The notes under the pieces are model-generated. The model did not search any database and was not told the origin of the DNA. It saw nothing but the letters and a program-made list of their open reading frames with translations. Source: Candidatus Poseidoniaceae archaeon (lineage in GTDB: Archaea > Thermoplasmatota > Poseidoniia > Poseidoniales > Poseidoniaceae). Taken from it: a stretch of DNA of 32,000 nt. Made by a program: the position numbers and the translations under genes. Within the stretch, counting starts at the first letter, position 1, and each line of letters begins with the position of its first letter. The stretch is from the NCBI GenBank assembly GCA_943789275.1, contig CALSTM010000003.1, positions 672,699 to 704,698 on the forward strand. Direction: 5' to 3'. Shown here piece after piece: positions 10,501-19,099 of this stretch.

Positions 10501-13157
10501 GAAACCAACCAAACCGAGCCGTTGGTCCCGCTCGGGTCTGGGTCGCTGTAGGTGTCGCCGTCTTCATCAGGGCATCCGTTTCTGTCACCGCTGGAAGTAC
10601 CAAACACGGTCTTGCATCCGTCTGCGCCTTGGAACACGCTCCAACCACCAAGGTTGGTTTCTGCGTCGGAATAGGTGTCAGAATCTGTATCTGGGCAACC
10701 GTAACGGTCTCCCGAGGATGTTCCGGAGACGGCTATGCACGAATCAGGGTTGTTTCCGCCAAGGTTATCGCCGTATCCATCACCATCTTGGTCAGCCCAT
10801 TGTGTAGGCTCATTGATGAAAACGTCAGCACCGTTTGCAATCGTCCAGTTGAAACTCGGGTCGGAATATCCGTCGCCATCGGTGTCCGGGCACCCCAGGC
10901 GGTCGATGGAAGAAGTTCCGAATGTGAATGCACACTGGTCGTCTTCATCGACGGTACCGTCCAAGTCAGCATCTTGTGTGAGGTTGACCATTTCGTAGCC
11001 AGAGTTGATGGCGACAGAAAAGAATTGAGGCCCTGAAGGAACCGATGTACCGATGATATGAATTTCCCATACGCCTTGAGCAGGAGAGCTAAAAGTCAGG
11101 CCTTTGAGATTGTTGATACTGTCAGAAAGGTTCGTCCATACTCCACTGGGGTCTTTAACCGCCAAATCCACATCGTTGACGAGGTTTGCAGATACAGTGG
11201 GGCTGCTGGTTTTATCGTTGTACGAAAGCATAACCTGCATGGTTGGTGCTGAAGTTGGAACGCTGACACTCCACCCTCGCTCATCACCAGTGCTTAGGGA
11301 TTCACGGTCGACGAACGACGCAGAGATGGCACTCGAGAGGTTGATCCGTCCCCAACCCTCGTGATTGTTTGGTGCGGTTTGGCCAGCACCGTTCGTGACA
11401 TCGTTGTACTGGCCAATCATATCGACCGAGGTTGCAGCAAATATGCCTTTGATAAGTGCTGATGAAGGGTTGGATACATTTTGGTTTTCGATGAGGTGTT
11501 GGAGTAAGAGCGCAGTTGCACCTGCTGATACGGGTGTTGCCATGCTCGTTCCACTCATGAAGGTGTAATTTCCACTGCCTCCTGCTCCCGGGTCGCGTGA
11601 ACGGGTGGAGAGAATATTAGTGCCCGGAGCGGAGAAATCTGGTTTCAAACGACCGTCATCGGTGGGTCCACGGGATGAAAAGGTGGCCATTCCAGAAATG
11701 TTGTTTGAGGCCCAAGTAGGCCATGAGCCGGTTGCATTGGAGCGGAGGTTTTCACTTGCACCAATCGATATGACGTTCTTTGCCGTCGCCGGAGAGCCCA
11801 TGCTGTCTTCATCGATTTTACCGTCGCCATCAGCGTCGACTCCTTCGTTCGATGCAGCGAACATGATGACAAGTTCATCGTGTTCCAGCGCACTCAAGTC
11901 CGATTGCATCGAACTTGTCGTGTAGAAGCCTGCAACACTTGAACCCCAAGAGTTCGTATGTACTCGGCTGCCGTTGGTAACTGCAAGGTCAAACATGTCG
12001 CCAAGGTCGTTTGGAATTCCTGCAAGGGTGCCACCGTGTTCAATAGCATGAACCAACAATTGTGCTTCTGGTGCCATACCTTGGACGTCCGGCCAAAGGG
12101 TTCCATCGCCAAGCACAGACCCAGCAACGTGGGTGCCGTGGCCGTGGTCATCGTTTGCACCGTCGTCGCATGAGCCGGGGTTACCTCCAGTCCACGCGCA
12201 CTGTGAAGGCGGTATTGGGAAGGAAAGGATTCCTTTGATGTGGTCTTTGAAATCGGGGTGTGTGTTTGAGTTGTTAACGCCGTTATCAAGCCCAGTATCA
12301 CCGACGGTGACAACAATGCCGCTTCCGTCAAGGCTTCCCCATCCGGGGTCACGAGCAGTCATAAAGGACGAATCTTGGAGGTCATCTGCATGAATGATGG
12401 TTGCCGCAACATCGTTGTTCAAAATGAAGTGAGGACTTGTTTCAATCCATTCAACTGCCCCGTTGGAAGCAAGCCATTCGATTCCTGAAGTTTCGGCTAC
12501 CAGAGTGGCGAAGCGACCGGTGTGTGAGTCGAGTACCAGGTCGTCACGGTTTTCCAGGCCTTCAGGTAGTGCAGTACCCGAGAGGACAATGTTGACAATG
12601 GCTTTGCCTTCAACGGAATACGGGTTAAAAAATTGCTTTTCCTCTCCAAGAACTCCACGAACCAAGTCTTCTCTCAACTTGTCGACTGCATCGAGTTGTA
12701 CCAATCCTTCAACATCAAGATTTTCCAGTTCGCCGGTTGTGTGGCTGTTCAGTTCGCATTGGAATCCGTTCGGAGGCATGAATGTGAAACAGTCGATTCC
12801 AGCATCTTCTAATTCGTAGAACCATTCAGTAGGAATTGGAGTTTCGTGCGTGAGGACAAACCACCCGCTGAGAGCGGAACCCTGCCCAGTCCATGCGGAC
12901 CAATCCTCAACTGCAACAACGCTTGCATCACGGTACAAAAGGCCGATTTCACCAACGCCATCACTTGAATCAAACCATCCATGTGCCGCTTCGGCACTTG
13001 GTGCAAGTCCAATTCCACTCAGCAGAGCCAAATCGACCTCCGTATCGATCACCACAGTTGGTGTTGGAGAGGGTGCTGCATAGGTTATTGGGGCCAATAC
13101 TTGAATGAGCATCAGTGCAGAAAAAGTGATTGCACGCATACTTCGCTTGGTCGTCAT
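7533..13157 (-). CDS. Giant membrane-anchored surface subtilase (peptidase S8) with tandem thrombospondin-type-3-like Ca-binding repeats (1,874 aa)
   Basis: The track ORF extends to 13358. I trimmed it to the ATG at 13157 (MTTKRSMRAITFSALMLIQVLAPITYAAP, signal-like). The S8 triad is in order: VVTVGDTGLD (Asp), DHGHGTHVAGS (His), MSGTSMATPVSAG (Ser). About 15 bipartite units follow, of the form GCPDTDGDGYSD ... TQWxDxDGDGYGDN. The protein ends with an Ig-like stretch, a TM helix (IVQALIGGLVLFFLMGMLMI) and a basic tail ending GGVPPPPPPRA. Confidence 0.9.
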   Translation of the reverse strand: MTTKRSMRAITFSALMLIQVLAPITYAAPSPTPTVVIDTEVDLALLSGIGLAPSAEAAHGWFDSSDGVGEIGLLYRDASVVAVEDWSAWTGQGSALSGWFVLTHETPIPTEWFYELEDAGIDCFTFMPPNGFQCELNSHTTGELENLDVEGLVQLDAVDKLREDLVRGVLGEEKQFFNPYSVEGKAIVNIVLSGTALPEGLENRDDLVLDSHTGRFATLVAETSGIEWLASNGAVEWIETSPHFILNNDVAATIIHADDLQDSSFMTARDPGWGSLDGSGIVVTVGDTGLDNGVNNSNTHPDFKDHIKGILSFPIPPSQCAWTGGNPGSCDDGANDDHGHGTHVAGSVLGDGTLWPDVQGMAPEAQLLVHAIEHGGTLAGIPNDLGDMFDLAVTNGSRVHTNSWGSSVAGFYTTSSMQSDLSALEHDELVIMFAASNEGVDADGDGKIDEDSMGSPATAKNVISIGASENLRSNATGSWPTWASNNISGMATFSSRGPTDDGRLKPDFSAPGTNILSTRSRDPGAGGSGNYTFMSGTSMATPVSAGATALLLQHLIENQNVSNPSSALIKGIFAATSVDMIGQYNDVTNGAGQTAPNNHEGWGRINLSSAISASFVDRESLSTGDERGWSVSVPTSAPTMQVMLSYNDKTSSPTVSANLVNDVDLAVKDPSGVWTNLSDSINNLKGLTFSSPAQGVWEIHIIGTSVPSGPQFFSVAINSGYEMVNLTQDADLDGTVDEDDQCAFTFGTSSIDRLGCPDTDGDGYSDPSFNWTIANGADVFINEPTQWADQDGDGYGDNLGGNNPDSCIAVSGTSSGDRYGCPDTDSDTYSDAETNLGGWSVFQGADGCKTVFGTSSGDRNGCPDEDGDTYSDPDPSGTNGSVWLVSNGADAFLGDGTQWADSDGDGYGDNPPPASNSDDCPTVQGTSTADRTGCLDTDGDGYSDADSTVLAHPAGIADAFPNDATQWLDTDGDGYGDNQSGTNPDACINDGLALGAARSTIDRVGCPDSDEDGYSDYDAGWPAHPIGSADAFPLIPTQWNDTDADSYGDEPLGFNPDSCLTTHGSSSSDRFGCPDADGDSFSDPDPLGNNGSVWTTANGADVWPNEPTQWVDTDTDGFGDNPAGVFPDSCPNDAGSSSSDRYGCLDTDGDTYSDADAGYTVAQGADTHPNDPLRWSDEDGDGIDNQVDDDCPDFWGNSTVDRTGCPDTDGDGVSDADPNWTPTDNGSDAFKTDPTQSTDSDGDGFGDNATGNLADDCPNENGDSWQNNVLGCLDNDQDGWANIIDSHMNDSSQWSDADGDGFGDNLGGTTPDACPTLSGNSTMGNRMGCPDTDGDGWDDVFDQLPNLAHQWLDQDGDGYGDNATGPQPDACPGVAGNSTLDRFGCIDSDGDGMSNESDAFPNDPTRTQDTDGDGFDDLEDDCISQAGNSTQDRKACPDTDGDGYSDPTMPENGNPGWNSSDGADALPFEPTQWADQDGDGYGDNASGFQPDSCPTVEGYSSVDIFGCYDEDNDGSSQNGDAFPDDPTQWLDADGDGYGDNPNGSQPDNCTSTFGTSTIDVFGCLDGDGDGASNTNDLWLNDSTQWFDSDGDTWGDNPQGTDGDACPDEFGTASLGTSRGCVDSDGDKYADINDDFPSEPTQWLDSDGDGWGENLSTGAIKPDHWPNDPTRNAAEGSITCSPVSIDLDLAAEDYFSFSCSIVSALPNVTIRAEWQPISSIIGATQVQVLTFTETTGDTQVAVFTGEGRNAGEFQLFVSIREPGADVAMDSGSVRLNVFDSRIVDEDSLIIDDANAFNKVMEMPIVQALIGGLVLFFLMGMLMIRGKASEARLAEQREERAREVLTARYNRINDTSQVRHGMDMRGGVPPPPPPRA
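8199..10973 (-). repeat. In-frame tandem array of acidic DxDxDG (TSP3-like) calcium-binding units inside the giant protease gene
   Basis: My count in the translated protein gives 15 copies of the G-C-[PLIYV]-D-x-D-x-D-x-[YFWVMSA]-[SAD]-[DNQ] type. These alternate with 14 copies of the [QR]-[WST]-x-D-x-D-[GAT]-D-[GST]-[YFWI]-[GD]-[DN]-[NELQ] type. Coordinates were derived from residues 796-1720 of the 1941-codon track ORF. The repeats are degenerate at the DNA level. Confidence 0.85.
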
Positions 13158-13275
13158 AGTGTACCTCAGTCGCGGCTCCCTCATGAATGATTTGATTGAA
13201 CGCCTAATTTTTCGAACCATGTGGTCGTACTGATGATACCGAGGGTTGAAGAGCATCGCATACTGCGAGTGGTTT

Positions 13276-15144
13276 ATGTCGCGACGCTCAAACCGTGGTC
13301 CGAAGGTCGAAACGCTCGAACCTGAAGAGTTGAATGAAAGCGTGCAAGTTCTTGGCAAGCAAGTTTGGAGGGTTGTTCCCTATGCCTTCCGCTATCCTCG
13401 CCGGCTCTTGGCTGGGTTCATCGGTAATGCGTGTGCTCGCGTTGTCGATTTGGTGCCCTTCGTAGCCATTGGATGGGCAGTTGATTACTTCACATCGGAT
13501 GTCATGGTCGGGCCAATGCTCGTTCAAAACGCCGTTAATTCCATTCATGCAGAACCTGCAGTTGGTTACGGTGTCATGATTTTCATGGGCTTTGTTATGC
13601 TCGCTTTCTTCCAAGGGGTCTCCGAATATTCTTGGCAAACGCTCGGCTACAACATCCAGCACGACTTGCGTATGGACGCCACGCGTTCACTCATCGCCAT
13701 GGAGGCTTCGTATTACGACATGCGCCAAACAGGCCAACTGATGTCGGTTTTGTCCAGTGATGTCAACCAGTTGGAAGACGTCGTTTCGGACTCTTCGACA
13801 TCGATTATACGGATTGTTTTCACGTTCCTTACCGCTTTTGTTATTCTCGCTTCGATGTCACTGAAATTAGCAGGAATCTTGTTTGGCCCTATTCTGTTCA
13901 TTATTCCTTGCGTCTATTGGTTCTCGACCCGAGTTCAGCGTAAATATCGCAAACAACGAGAGTCGACTGGAGACATTCATGCCGTTCTTGAGAACTTGAT
14001 TTCTGGAATTTCAGTTGTCCAAGCCTACAACGCTCAAACATGGGAATCCGAGCGAGTCGCTCGTGAATCCGGTAACTATCGTGACCAAGCCATGGGTGCG
14101 AGCCGAGACCGAAATCGGTTTTTACCGATGATTTACGTTATTGCAGGAATTGCATTTGGTCTTCTTGTCACCGCAGGTGGCTGGTTGGCAGGTGAGGGTG
14201 AAATCTCGACCGGTGAACTGGTGACCTTCTTACTGATCAGCACTCGAATGACCATGCCGATGTTTATCTTTGGTATCCTCATCAACCAACTTCAACGAGG
14301 CGAAGCAGCAGCAAAGCGAGTCTTTGCAACCATTGACCTTGAGCCGACAATCTTCGACCAACCGGATGCCATCGAATTGAACACACCGATTACCTCAGTT
14401 GAATTCCGTGATGTTCATTTCACCTATCCTGGCACCTCCATCACGGTCTTGAGTGGCATTTCGTTCAAGGCAGAAGGTGGGGATTTCCTTGGCGTCATGG
14501 GTCACACCGGCGCTGGAAAGACAACCATTCTCAAGCTTTTGATGCGTTACTATGTGCCTGACAGCGGTGATGTACTCATCAACGGTCAATCGCTGAACAA
14601 TTTCACGCTTCACTCCGTTCGTGATAAGATTGGGTTCGTCAGCCAGGAACCGTTCCTGTTCTACGGCACGGTAAGTGATAACGTAAGGTACAACCAAGAA
14701 TCTACAGATGAGGAATTGAACGCAGCCCTGAAACTCGCAGGTGCGTGGGACTTTATCCAAGAGTTGGAAAACGGTTTGGACACCATGGTCGGTGACCGTG
14801 GCGCTAAACTCAGTGGAGGCCAGCGTGCTCGCGTATCGTTGGCTCGTGCACTCCTCAAGCAACCAAGTTTGTTGATTTTAGACGAAGCCTCCAGTGCTCT
14901 GGATGCAGAGACTGAACGTCGAATACAGGAAAACCTCCTCGCCAGCGGCAGCGACCGTGCGACCATTGCCGTAGCGCATCGTTTGAGCACCATTCGAAAC
15001 GCCAACGAGATTCTAGCCATGGTCGATGGTGCGGTCGTCGAACGAGGCTTGCACGATGACTTGGTTGAAGCGGAAGGCGTCTATGCCAGCCAGTGGACCA
15101 TTCAAACCGGTGACATGGCTGGGTTGACAGACGCCGACGAGTGA
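13276..15144 (+). CDS. ABC exporter, fused permease + ATPase (MsbA/MDR-like half transporter)
   Basis: The N-terminal half is hydrophobic with multiple TM helices. The C-terminal half has Walker A GHTGAGKTT, ABC signature LSGGQRARVSLARAL and Walker B LLILDEASSALD. The track start at 13246 is TTG, so I used the first ATG at 13276 (MSRRSNRGPK...). It is divergent from the giant protease gene, with 118 bp between the two starts. Confidence 0.9.
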   Translation: MSRRSNRGPKVETLEPEELNESVQVLGKQVWRVVPYAFRYPRRLLAGFIGNACARVVDLVPFVAIGWAVDYFTSDVMVGPMLVQNAVNSIHAEPAVGYGVMIFMGFVMLAFFQGVSEYSWQTLGYNIQHDLRMDATRSLIAMEASYYDMRQTGQLMSVLSSDVNQLEDVVSDSSTSIIRIVFTFLTAFVILASMSLKLAGILFGPILFIIPCVYWFSTRVQRKYRKQRESTGDIHAVLENLISGISVVQAYNAQTWESERVARESGNYRDQAMGASRDRNRFLPMIYVIAGIAFGLLVTAGGWLAGEGEISTGELVTFLLISTRMTMPMFIFGILINQLQRGEAAAKRVFATIDLEPTIFDQPDAIELNTPITSVEFRDVHFTYPGTSITVLSGISFKAEGGDFLGVMGHTGAGKTTILKLLMRYYVPDSGDVLINGQSLNNFTLHSVRDKIGFVSQEPFLFYGTVSDNVRYNQESTDEELNAALKLAGAWDFIQELENGLDTMVGDRGAKLSGGQRARVSLARALLKQPSLLILDEASSALDAETERRIQENLLASGSDRATIAVAHRLSTIRNANEILAMVDGAVVERGLHDDLVEAEGVYASQWTIQTGDMAGLTDADE

Positions 15145-15146
15145 TT

Positions 15147-15482
15147 TCACAAACGCTCTCGAATCGGTCGCAGAACTGTTGTCTCGACGGATTTATTCTT
15201 GCCGTTGTCCATCAATCGGTCTCCAAAAAGAATCCCCATTGAAATCAAAATGAACAACGGGATTCCAATGATGAGCGACCAAATGGCCATCGATAAATTG
15301 TAGAGGAAGTAACTCTCCATGATTTCGGAAATCGCAATGATGGCGATGAACAGGACCACTCGACTCACGACGAGGCTGAAACGGATAAGTGCCCAGATTT
15401 CATCCTCATCGGTAAGGTCATCTGGTGTGTCAAGGTCGGCAAACCGTTGTTGAATTCGACTCGCCATACCTCGCCTTGACAT
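15147..15482 (-). CDS. Small integral membrane protein, function unknown (111 aa)
   Basis: Acidic N-terminus (DLDTPDDLTDEDE) followed by about three hydrophobic helices (FSLVVSRVVLFIAIIAI, LSMAIWSLIIGIPLFILISMGILF). Its stop lies 2 nt from the stop of the convergent ABC gene. No motif recognised. Confidence 0.55.
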   Translation of the reverse strand: MSRRGMASRIQQRFADLDTPDDLTDEDEIWALIRFSLVVSRVVLFIAIIAISEIMESYFLYNLSMAIWSLIIGIPLFILISMGILFGDRLMDNGKNKSVETTVLRPIRERL

Positions 15483-15545
15483 TCATCTCGACTAATGCTT
15501 TCCCCTTAATTTAGAGCGGGAAAGGTGATTTGCGTACGTCACGCT

Positions 15546-16709
15546 TCAAGCCGTTCGGATTCGATCATCAATTTGAGCGCCTTCTCCGGCTCTTCCGCCG
15601 GTACGTCGAATCTCTCTCCATGCCTTGATGACACCTTGGCCGTACGCCCATTGAGCGAGGAAGACAAACAACGGTGCCAAGAAGACCGTTCCAATCGAGC
15701 GGTGGGGTGAAGTTCCTATGGCTGCGCCGAGCCAACTTATCGCGATGTAGATGCAAATAAGGCCGAGCGGTATATGGAATGCAACTCGTGAGATATCCCA
15801 TTCTCCGGACAGTGAAAACCAGAGGTCAGCATCTGCTCCACCCGTAAGGCCGCCATAGAGCATGGCGAGCAGCGCCGTCACCACGATGACCGGAAAGAAA
15901 CCGATTGCAGTATGGGACCATGCGGAAATCTCAGGCCAGCGTTTGTTCGCAACCATTCGGGTGTATCCGTAGTTTCGCATTTGCTTCATGTAGGGTTTGA
16001 ACGGTCGGCGTCGGCGGTGCGGCATAACGTTGGATGGGTCGATGAACAACTTGTGTCCAGCTCGCTGGATTTTTGCATCCAAAACGACATCCTCAGCACC
16101 AATGCATCCGGGCTCAAAGAAATCCACTTCACGTAGATTCGCCATTCGGTGGGCACAATTCACTCCAGGATTGTGGGTGATGGGGACAAGTTCGCCTTTG
16201 GGCTGAGCGCCGTAGCGGGTGCCGGCTGTCATGAACTTGGTACAGAACGCTACATCGGCGCACTTGGCACCAAATGGGTCGTCGTCCGGAGCAAAATTTG
16301 GTCCACCGACTGCGCCAACTTCAGGGTTGTCGAACCAGCGAACGAGTTTCTCGACCCAGTCCAGAGGTGGCACGGTGTCGTCATCGGTGAACAATACGAG
16401 GTCGTGGTCCATTTGTCGCAAAGCGAAGTTACAGGCATCTGCACGGTTGCGAGACGGGTCTTCAATCCACGTTGCGCCGTATTTTTCACACACGTCTTTC
16501 GTGTGGTCTTTTGATTTTGAATCAGAAATGATGACTTCAAAATGCGAGTACGATTGCTTTGCCAGTCGACCGAGGACGATGTCAAGTTCATCTGCATTGT
16601 TGATGGTCGGTATCAATACGGCGATTTTGAACGCCTTACCGTCTTCTTTGAGCAGCGGTGCCACGGAGCCTGATGCTTCGCCCATGGGCTGTGGAGTTGG
16701 GCCGCCCAT
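15546..16709 (-). CDS. Family 2 glycosyltransferase with C-terminal membrane domain
   Basis: GT2 N-terminal pattern KIAVLIPTINNADELDIVLGRLAKQSYSHFEVIISDSKSKDHT. DxD region LVLFTDDDTVPP. The C-terminal third is hydrophobic (FFPVIVVTALLAMLYGG, LGLICIYIAISWLGAAIG, FLAPLFVFLAQWAYG). ATG at 16709. Confidence 0.8.
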   Translation of the reverse strand: MGGPTPQPMGEASGSVAPLLKEDGKAFKIAVLIPTINNADELDIVLGRLAKQSYSHFEVIISDSKSKDHTKDVCEKYGATWIEDPSRNRADACNFALRQMDHDLVLFTDDDTVPPLDWVEKLVRWFDNPEVGAVGGPNFAPDDDPFGAKCADVAFCTKFMTAGTRYGAQPKGELVPITHNPGVNCAHRMANLREVDFFEPGCIGAEDVVLDAKIQRAGHKLFIDPSNVMPHRRRRPFKPYMKQMRNYGYTRMVANKRWPEISAWSHTAIGFFPVIVVTALLAMLYGGLTGGADADLWFSLSGEWDISRVAFHIPLGLICIYIAISWLGAAIGTSPHRSIGTVFLAPLFVFLAQWAYGQGVIKAWREIRRTGGRAGEGAQIDDRIRTA

Positions 16710-16737
16710 ATCAAGTCAAGGGCGTTCAACTTGCGAT

Positions 16738-17652
16738 TCAAGATGAAATTGCGCTTGATGTGTCGATGGTCTTACCGGCTTGAGTGTCGGTAATGGTAAT
16801 GTCGACTTTACAAGGTTCGGTTCCATCGCAAAGCTGTGTGTTTTGCTCGCTGATGGTAATTCCTTCGCCAACGCCCCATTCTTGGTCGCTGGTGTCAGAT
16901 CCAAAGTCAACGTAGACACATTCACGGTCGCCGCTGTCCTTGTCACAAGTAATTGGTGCGCCATCGTTGATGGAGACCGAAACTGAGACTGCTGCCCAGT
17001 TAATTGCTTGTCCTTGGTTCATGGTCATACGAACGAGGCTGTCGTCAGTGGCGGTGGAAGGTTGCCCTTCGATTGCTCCATCTGCAGTGAATGCAAACTC
17101 GGTTGATGCAGTATTGTTTTCATATTCCCTTTCAACTATGACCTCGAGGATAGATGCATGACCTGCTCCATGCGTATCGATGGCAATGAAGGCAACCTGT
17201 GAATAGTAAGAGTGTTCAGTGATTCCTGTGTCGGACAGGTATCCGGTACTATCGATACCCACAAAGGAGTTCCATTGGCTTATTGGAATGTATACATTTG
17301 TGAATCCGGCAGGAGAGGTTGCTGTAATATCGATTGTCCCATCCAAGTTGATGTCCCATCCCAACGTCATCATATCGCCATCGATATCTACTGCAGAGTG
17401 ATAGAGTTCAACATCGAACCCATGCAAGGTTTCGACTCCTGTGGTTGCATTCGTAGAATTATCAGTTGCCGCATTCATCATTCCAACCGTGTTGAGTAAT
17501 TCTGATAACTCAATTATTGGTGAATGATTTGTTAAGTTTGTAGCCTGTCCATCCGCTTCAGGAGTGATTGTATCGTCTGTTACTCCGAAACATCCAGTCA
17601 AAAACAAAAGGCATGCGAGAGTAATCACGTTGATTGTGCGAGTTGGGTTCAT
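16738..17652 (-). CDS. Secreted acidic lipoprotein, function unknown
   Basis: The signal peptide has a lipobox-like cysteine: MNPTRTINVITLACLLFLTGCFG. The mature part is very acidic, Thr/Asp/Gly-rich and looks beta-rich. It lies directly upstream of the GT2 gene on the same strand, with a 28-nt gap. Confidence 0.65.
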   Translation of the reverse strand: MNPTRTINVITLACLLFLTGCFGVTDDTITPEADGQATNLTNHSPIIELSELLNTVGMMNAATDNSTNATTGVETLHGFDVELYHSAVDIDGDMMTLGWDINLDGTIDITATSPAGFTNVYIPISQWNSFVGIDSTGYLSDTGITEHSYYSQVAFIAIDTHGAGHASILEVIVEREYENNTASTEFAFTADGAIEGQPSTATDDSLVRMTMNQGQAINWAAVSVSVSINDGAPITCDKDSGDRECVYVDFGSDTSDQEWGVGEGITISEQNTQLCDGTEPCKVDITITDTQAGKTIDTSSAISS

Positions 17653-17814
17653 ACTTCGTGTTTTGACGAAGATAACATAAGGTTACCTCTACTACATGCG
17701 CGGTAAATGAGGTTTTTAGAAAATACCGCGGCGGACGGGGTGCTTTTTACGCATCCGAGATGTTAAGTTCATAAGCCGTCGAAGAAGCAGACTAATTGGA
17801 GAGGGGTGTATCTC

Positions 17815-18555
17815 ATGTTGAACGTCACGGCCCGACAGGACTTGATGAGCAAAATTATCGAAACGCTGAATGTAGTAGTAGAAGATGCAAGGTTTGATTT
17901 TGGCGAAAATGGATTACAAGTCCGTGTCGTCGACCCATCACACGTTGCCATGATTCAAATGGACATCGACGCTGCTGCCTTTGACACTTGGGAACTTGAT
18001 TCGACAAGCCTAGGTCTCGAGATTCGAAAAATCAAGGAATTGGTCAGTTTGGGAGGTCCTACCGACCTCATCGAAATGGCGTACGGTGACGAGACCGGTG
18101 TCCTTACCGTAAACCTCGGCAAGATTGACCGTAACATTCGTCCATTGGACAACTCAACCATGACGCCTCCTACGCTACCTGCGCTGGAATTGCCGTGCAA
18201 AGTGACCATATCAGGTGCTGATTTCACACAAGCATTGCGAGCTGCTCGTCAAGTTGGAGACCTCGTCAATTTCAGTATCGATGAAAATTCTTTCACCGTC
18301 CATGTCCAAGGCTCAACCGATTCAGTAACCGTTGCTTTCGACAAAGAGGAATTGCAACACATTGAATGCGATGCTCCTGCACGAAGCCAATATTCCCTCA
18401 CTTATCTGGTTCCATTGTCGAAAATCTTCGGCAACATCCAATCGGTACACATTGGCTTTGGGGAGAACTACCCGCTTTCCATGTCCTTTAGTTTCCATGA
18501 TGGCGCTGCTGAGATCCAGTACTTCCTTGCGCCACGTGTTGAAAACGACATGTGA
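17815..18555 (+). CDS. pcn: DNA polymerase sliding clamp (PCNA)
   Basis: LMSKIIETLNVVVEDARFDFGENGLQVRVVDPSHVAMIQMDIDAAAFDTWELD matches the characteristic archaeal PCNA N-terminal domain pattern, and the length (about 246 aa) fits. The track start at 17806 is GTG. The ATG at 17815 is preceded by GGAGAGGGG. Confidence 0.85.
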   Translation: MLNVTARQDLMSKIIETLNVVVEDARFDFGENGLQVRVVDPSHVAMIQMDIDAAAFDTWELDSTSLGLEIRKIKELVSLGGPTDLIEMAYGDETGVLTVNLGKIDRNIRPLDNSTMTPPTLPALELPCKVTISGADFTQALRAARQVGDLVNFSIDENSFTVHVQGSTDSVTVAFDKEELQHIECDAPARSQYSLTYLVPLSKIFGNIQSVHIGFGENYPLSMSFSFHDGAAEIQYFLAPRVENDM

Positions 18556-18622
18556 TGCCAACTCAAGTTGGTTCAACAACGACGGTTGCTCATTTGAGCT
18601 TTGTATGAATTGGCCGAAAGGC

Positions 18623-18994
18623 TCAGTATTCTCGCCAGCCGTGACCGCAACTCTTACACGTCAACATTCGAGTTTCGGGTTCATCTGACGAACGTGTTTG
18701 CTCAAGGTAAGAGAATACTTCAATGTCATCGCATTTTGGACACATGTAGGTTCCAGTCGTGAGGACACCGTGGCGTTTGTCAGAATCCTTGATGACTTCA
18801 TAGACTCGTTCTCTTGATTTTGTTTCTGATCGAGCCTTCGAAAGGTCAACATCCTTTCCATCCGTACCTTTTATCACGACATTTGCAGGTCCATTATACC
18901 CGCATTTGTAGTTCGTGCACGAGATGTCACCGCTTGGGTTAGGGAAGGATAAGGTTCCACATTGGGGGCAAAACATAGCAAGAGGGTATGCCAA
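18623..18994 (-). CDS. tfs: Transcription factor S (TFIIS / RNA polymerase subunit M-like)
   Basis: N-terminal zinc ribbon CPQCG...CTNYKCG. The C-terminal TFIIS-type ribbon CPKCDDIEVFSYLEQTRSSDEPETRMLTCKSCGHGWRE contains the acidic SDE loop. An alternative start, MFCPQCG, lies at 18976. Confidence 0.85.
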   Translation of the reverse strand: MAYPLAMFCPQCGTLSFPNPSGDISCTNYKCGYNGPANVVIKGTDGKDVDLSKARSETKSRERVYEVIKDSDKRHGVLTTGTYMCPKCDDIEVFSYLEQTRSSDEPETRMLTCKSCGHGWREY

Positions 18995-19099
18995 GGAATA
19001 CTTAGGTTTGTCGGAACTTCAATCTCCACCTCACCATGTTGTTCAGCCCAAAGTCTGGGTCACAGCGAACAAAACATTTGCAGAGGGAAGGGTGAATAG

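Noticed and set aside
8199-10973. Periodic DNA repeats that could be mistaken for a CRISPR or other non-coding array.
   Set aside because: The periodicity is in-frame coding. The repeats are degenerate at the nucleotide level, there is no repeat/unique-spacer alternation, and there are no cas genes.
8107-11036. Many long ORFs in other frames and on the plus strand inside the giant protease gene (for example 8306..9070 +, 8420..9160 -, 9293..10177 -, 10221..11036 +).
   Set aside because: These are shadow ORFs created by the GAY/GGN-rich repeat codons. Their translations are Arg/His/Thr/Pro-rich low-complexity strings without motifs. The 1,874-aa frame carries an intact S8 triad and coherent repeats.
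13158-13358. N-terminal extensions in the track ORFs: the giant protease to 13358, PepA from 2901, Fpg from 20838, ABC from 13246.
   Set aside because: Each extension overlaps a neighbouring gene or the divergent promoter and lacks protein-like sequence. Internal ATGs give canonical N-termini (a signal peptide, MKVTV..., MPELPEVE..., MSRRS...).
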